From Promethearchaeati archaeon (lineage in GTDB: Archaea; Asgardarchaeota; Heimdallarchaeia; JABLTI01), in the NCBI GenBank assembly GCA_013166835.1, contig JABLTI010000057.1, positions 1-17,204 on the forward strand: a stretch of DNA of 17,204 nucleotides. The letters run 5' to 3'. The notes under the pieces are model-generated. The model made no database searches. It was not told where the DNA came from and worked only from the letters and a program-made list of their open reading frames with translations. Both the position numbers and the translations under genes were made by a program. Positions 15,370-17,204 of the stretch are shown here, in pieces (the stretch's first letter is position 1; every line of letters starts with the position of its first letter).

Positions 15370-16473
15370 ATGACAGACGTTAATGCTTACCCTGTAGAAC
15401 CAAGACAAATAGATGAGGAAATTGAAGAAGTTGAAATCAAGGAAGAACTAGCAATTCAAACTGTTGGCTTAAAGAAACATTTTGGCAGAGGGTATAATCT
15501 TGTGAAAGCAGTTGACGGTATTGATCTTTCAGTAAAAGAAGGAGAAGTACATGGTTATCTTGGTCCAAATGGTGCTGGAAAAACTACTTCCATGCTTATG
15601 ATTGCTGGAACAATTCGTCCTACAGAAGGTAAAGGATATATTTTTGGGAAATCAATTGGTTCTCCCGCAGCAAATAAACAACTTGGTGTTGCGATTGCAA
15701 ATCCAAAATTCTGGAAAACCATGTCAGCTTACAAATACCTAGTTTATATGGGTCAATTACATGGTTTAGGAAAAACACTAGCAAAAGAACGAGCTAAGGA
15801 ATTCTTACATATTCTCGAGATGACCCAACATGGGCATCGACTTCCAGTGGCATTTTCAACAGGAATGAAAGCTAAATTAGCTGTTGCTCAAGCCTTAATG
15901 CATCACCCAAGATTAGCAATACTTGATGAAAGTACAGCTGGTCTAGATCCCGAATCGCGATTTAAACTAGTTAATACAATAAAAGAACTAGCTAATATTC
16001 TCGGAACAAGTATCTTTGTAAGTGGTCATATATTAACAGAAATAGAAAAACTAGTCGATCGAGTAACGATCATTGTAAAAGGTAAAATTGGTCTTCAAGG
16101 GATCACACTAAGAGAAATGAGAAAAGAGTTCTCTACTGGACAGTTCTCATTAGAATGTTCAAATCCAGAACAAGTTATGCAAGACCTATTCAATATGGGT
16201 GTAACTAGTCAAATCTTCATGGATCACAATCAAGTTATCATCTTCACCAGTGATTTCATTGATTCAGTTTATGCCTGGTTACCTGAAATTCTGAGAAGAA
16301 ATGGTGCAGTATTGCAGCGTTTCGGACCTATTGAAGTAACATTAGAGGAAGTCTTCATTAATGTAATTTCTAAGCGATATGGTTCAGACTTCCTATACGA
16401 AGATAAAATACTAGAAGAGTTTCAAGATGAGCAGAAAGGCATCTTTGGAAGATTAGCTAGGAGGTCAAAATAA
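15370..16473 (+). CDS. ABC transporter ATP-binding protein (DrrA/CcmA-like exporter type)
   Basis: Walker A GPNGAGKT, signature FSTGMK, Walker B AILDE, H-loop VSGH; C-terminal TLEEVF domain. Confidence 0.92.
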   Translation: MTDVNAYPVEPRQIDEEIEEVEIKEELAIQTVGLKKHFGRGYNLVKAVDGIDLSVKEGEVHGYLGPNGAGKTTSMLMIAGTIRPTEGKGYIFGKSIGSPAANKQLGVAIANPKFWKTMSAYKYLVYMGQLHGLGKTLAKERAKEFLHILEMTQHGHRLPVAFSTGMKAKLAVAQALMHHPRLAILDESTAGLDPESRFKLVNTIKELANILGTSIFVSGHILTEIEKLVDRVTIIVKGKIGLQGITLREMRKEFSTGQFSLECSNPEQVMQDLFNMGVTSQIFMDHNQVIIFTSDFIDSVYAWLPEILRRNGAVLQRFGPIEVTLEEVFINVISKRYGSDFLYEDKILEEFQDEQKGIFGRLARRSK

Positions 16474-17204
16474 TGGAAGAAATTACACAACCAGACATTT
16501 CATCAATCGTACCAATGGAGATTGATTCAAAACATCAGAGAAGGAAAAAGGATGGCAAACGTAGTTTTGGTCTCTTTATAATTTTTCAGAAGACTTTTCT
16601 TGAGTTATTAAGCTTGAGAAGAGTAATATCATACCTAGCATTATCTATCGTTTTTCCATTCGTATTTACAATGATTGTTTCTGGTCAACTATCAGGAACT
16701 CTCGCAGATATGAGTATTGACTTCCAAATTGCTACAGTCGTGAATTACTTCGCCTTTTATTCCTTCTTCTGGAATGCGGGAATCTTATTGATCTTATATT
16801 GTGGCTTAACAGCTTCGACCTTTATCTCAAGTGAAGAATCAGGTGGAACAATGATCTTTCTTCTAACAAAACCAATTAGGAGAACTACACTCTACGTGGG
16901 TAAATTCTTAGGTTATTTCGTAAATATGGCAATATTACAATTTGTTTCATTGTTGTTTGGATTAACTATAACATGTTCATTATTTGATGTATCATCTGCA
17001 GTTTTTATTGCTGGAATGAAATTCTTAGTTCCAATATACCTTTACGCGTTGTTAATGATCGCAGTTATAGGCTTAATACTTGGATTTCTTTCAATAATAA
17101 ACAAAAGAATGGTAATTAGTGTACTAGTAATTATGTTTCTAATTATCTTCATTTATTTCTTAGGAATTATCTTTAGAGTTGCTATTCCAACATATTATGA
17201 ATCA
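16473..17204 (+). CDS. ABC-2 type transporter permease (runs off the right edge)
   Basis: TAATG stop/start overlap with the ATPase and GGAGG RBS. Translation MEEITQPDISS... has multiple TM segments and the ABC-2 loop ISSEESGGTMIFLLTKPIRRTTLYVGKFLG. Not in the ORF track. Confidence 0.88.
   Translation, partial: MEEITQPDISSIVPMEIDSKHQRRKKDGKRSFGLFIIFQKTFLELLSLRRVISYLALSIVFPFVFTMIVSGQLSGTLADMSIDFQIATVVNYFAFYSFFWNAGILLILYCGLTASTFISSEESGGTMIFLLTKPIRRTTLYVGKFLGYFVNMAILQFVSLLFGLTITCSLFDVSSAVFIAGMKFLVPIYLYALLMIAVIGLILGFLSIINKRMVISVLVIMFLIIFIYFLGIIFRVAIPTYYES

Noticed and set aside
1715-15370. Other short track ORFs (1715, 3413, 3441, 4325, 4352, 5514, 6288, 7810, 10055, 15095)
   Set aside because: All overlap well-supported longer genes in another frame or strand and have no motifs.
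1-17204. Mobile elements, tRNA or rRNA genes
   Set aside because: No transposase or integrase motifs, terminal repeats or GC-rich structured RNA segments were seen.

Overview
AT-rich archaeal-style chromosomal segment. GGTGA/GGAGG ribosome-binding sites, TATA boxes, T-tract terminators, frequent TTG starts and many C-terminally anchored surface proteins are visible; an Asgard/Heimdallarchaeia-like origin is my inference and has not been confirmed by a search. Left to right: partial MBL-fold hydrolase; a stand-alone, apparently circularly permuted OppA/DppA-type peptide-binding protein; two tandem TM2 + polyproline + zinc-ribbon genes; a membrane-anchored secreted hypothetical; an Acr3 arsenite exporter; two paralogous winged-helix regulators; three paralogous membrane-anchored surface proteins; and a large FG-GAP/PQQ-repeat surface protein followed by an ABC ATPase and an ABC-2 permease. 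The main unexplained signal is a duplicated module [wHTH regulator <- operator array -> small peptide gene(s)]. Four unannotated 23-33 aa peptide ORFs lie divergent from the regulators, and two of them are 28 aa long and end in R[IM]KFAL[YF]TGR. Both peptide promoters and the promoter of the peptide-binding protein share a TTCTCA-N6-TGAGAA palindrome abutting a TATA box, within arrays of half-sites phased at about 22 bp. This is a candidate peptide-based regulatory or signalling circuit.
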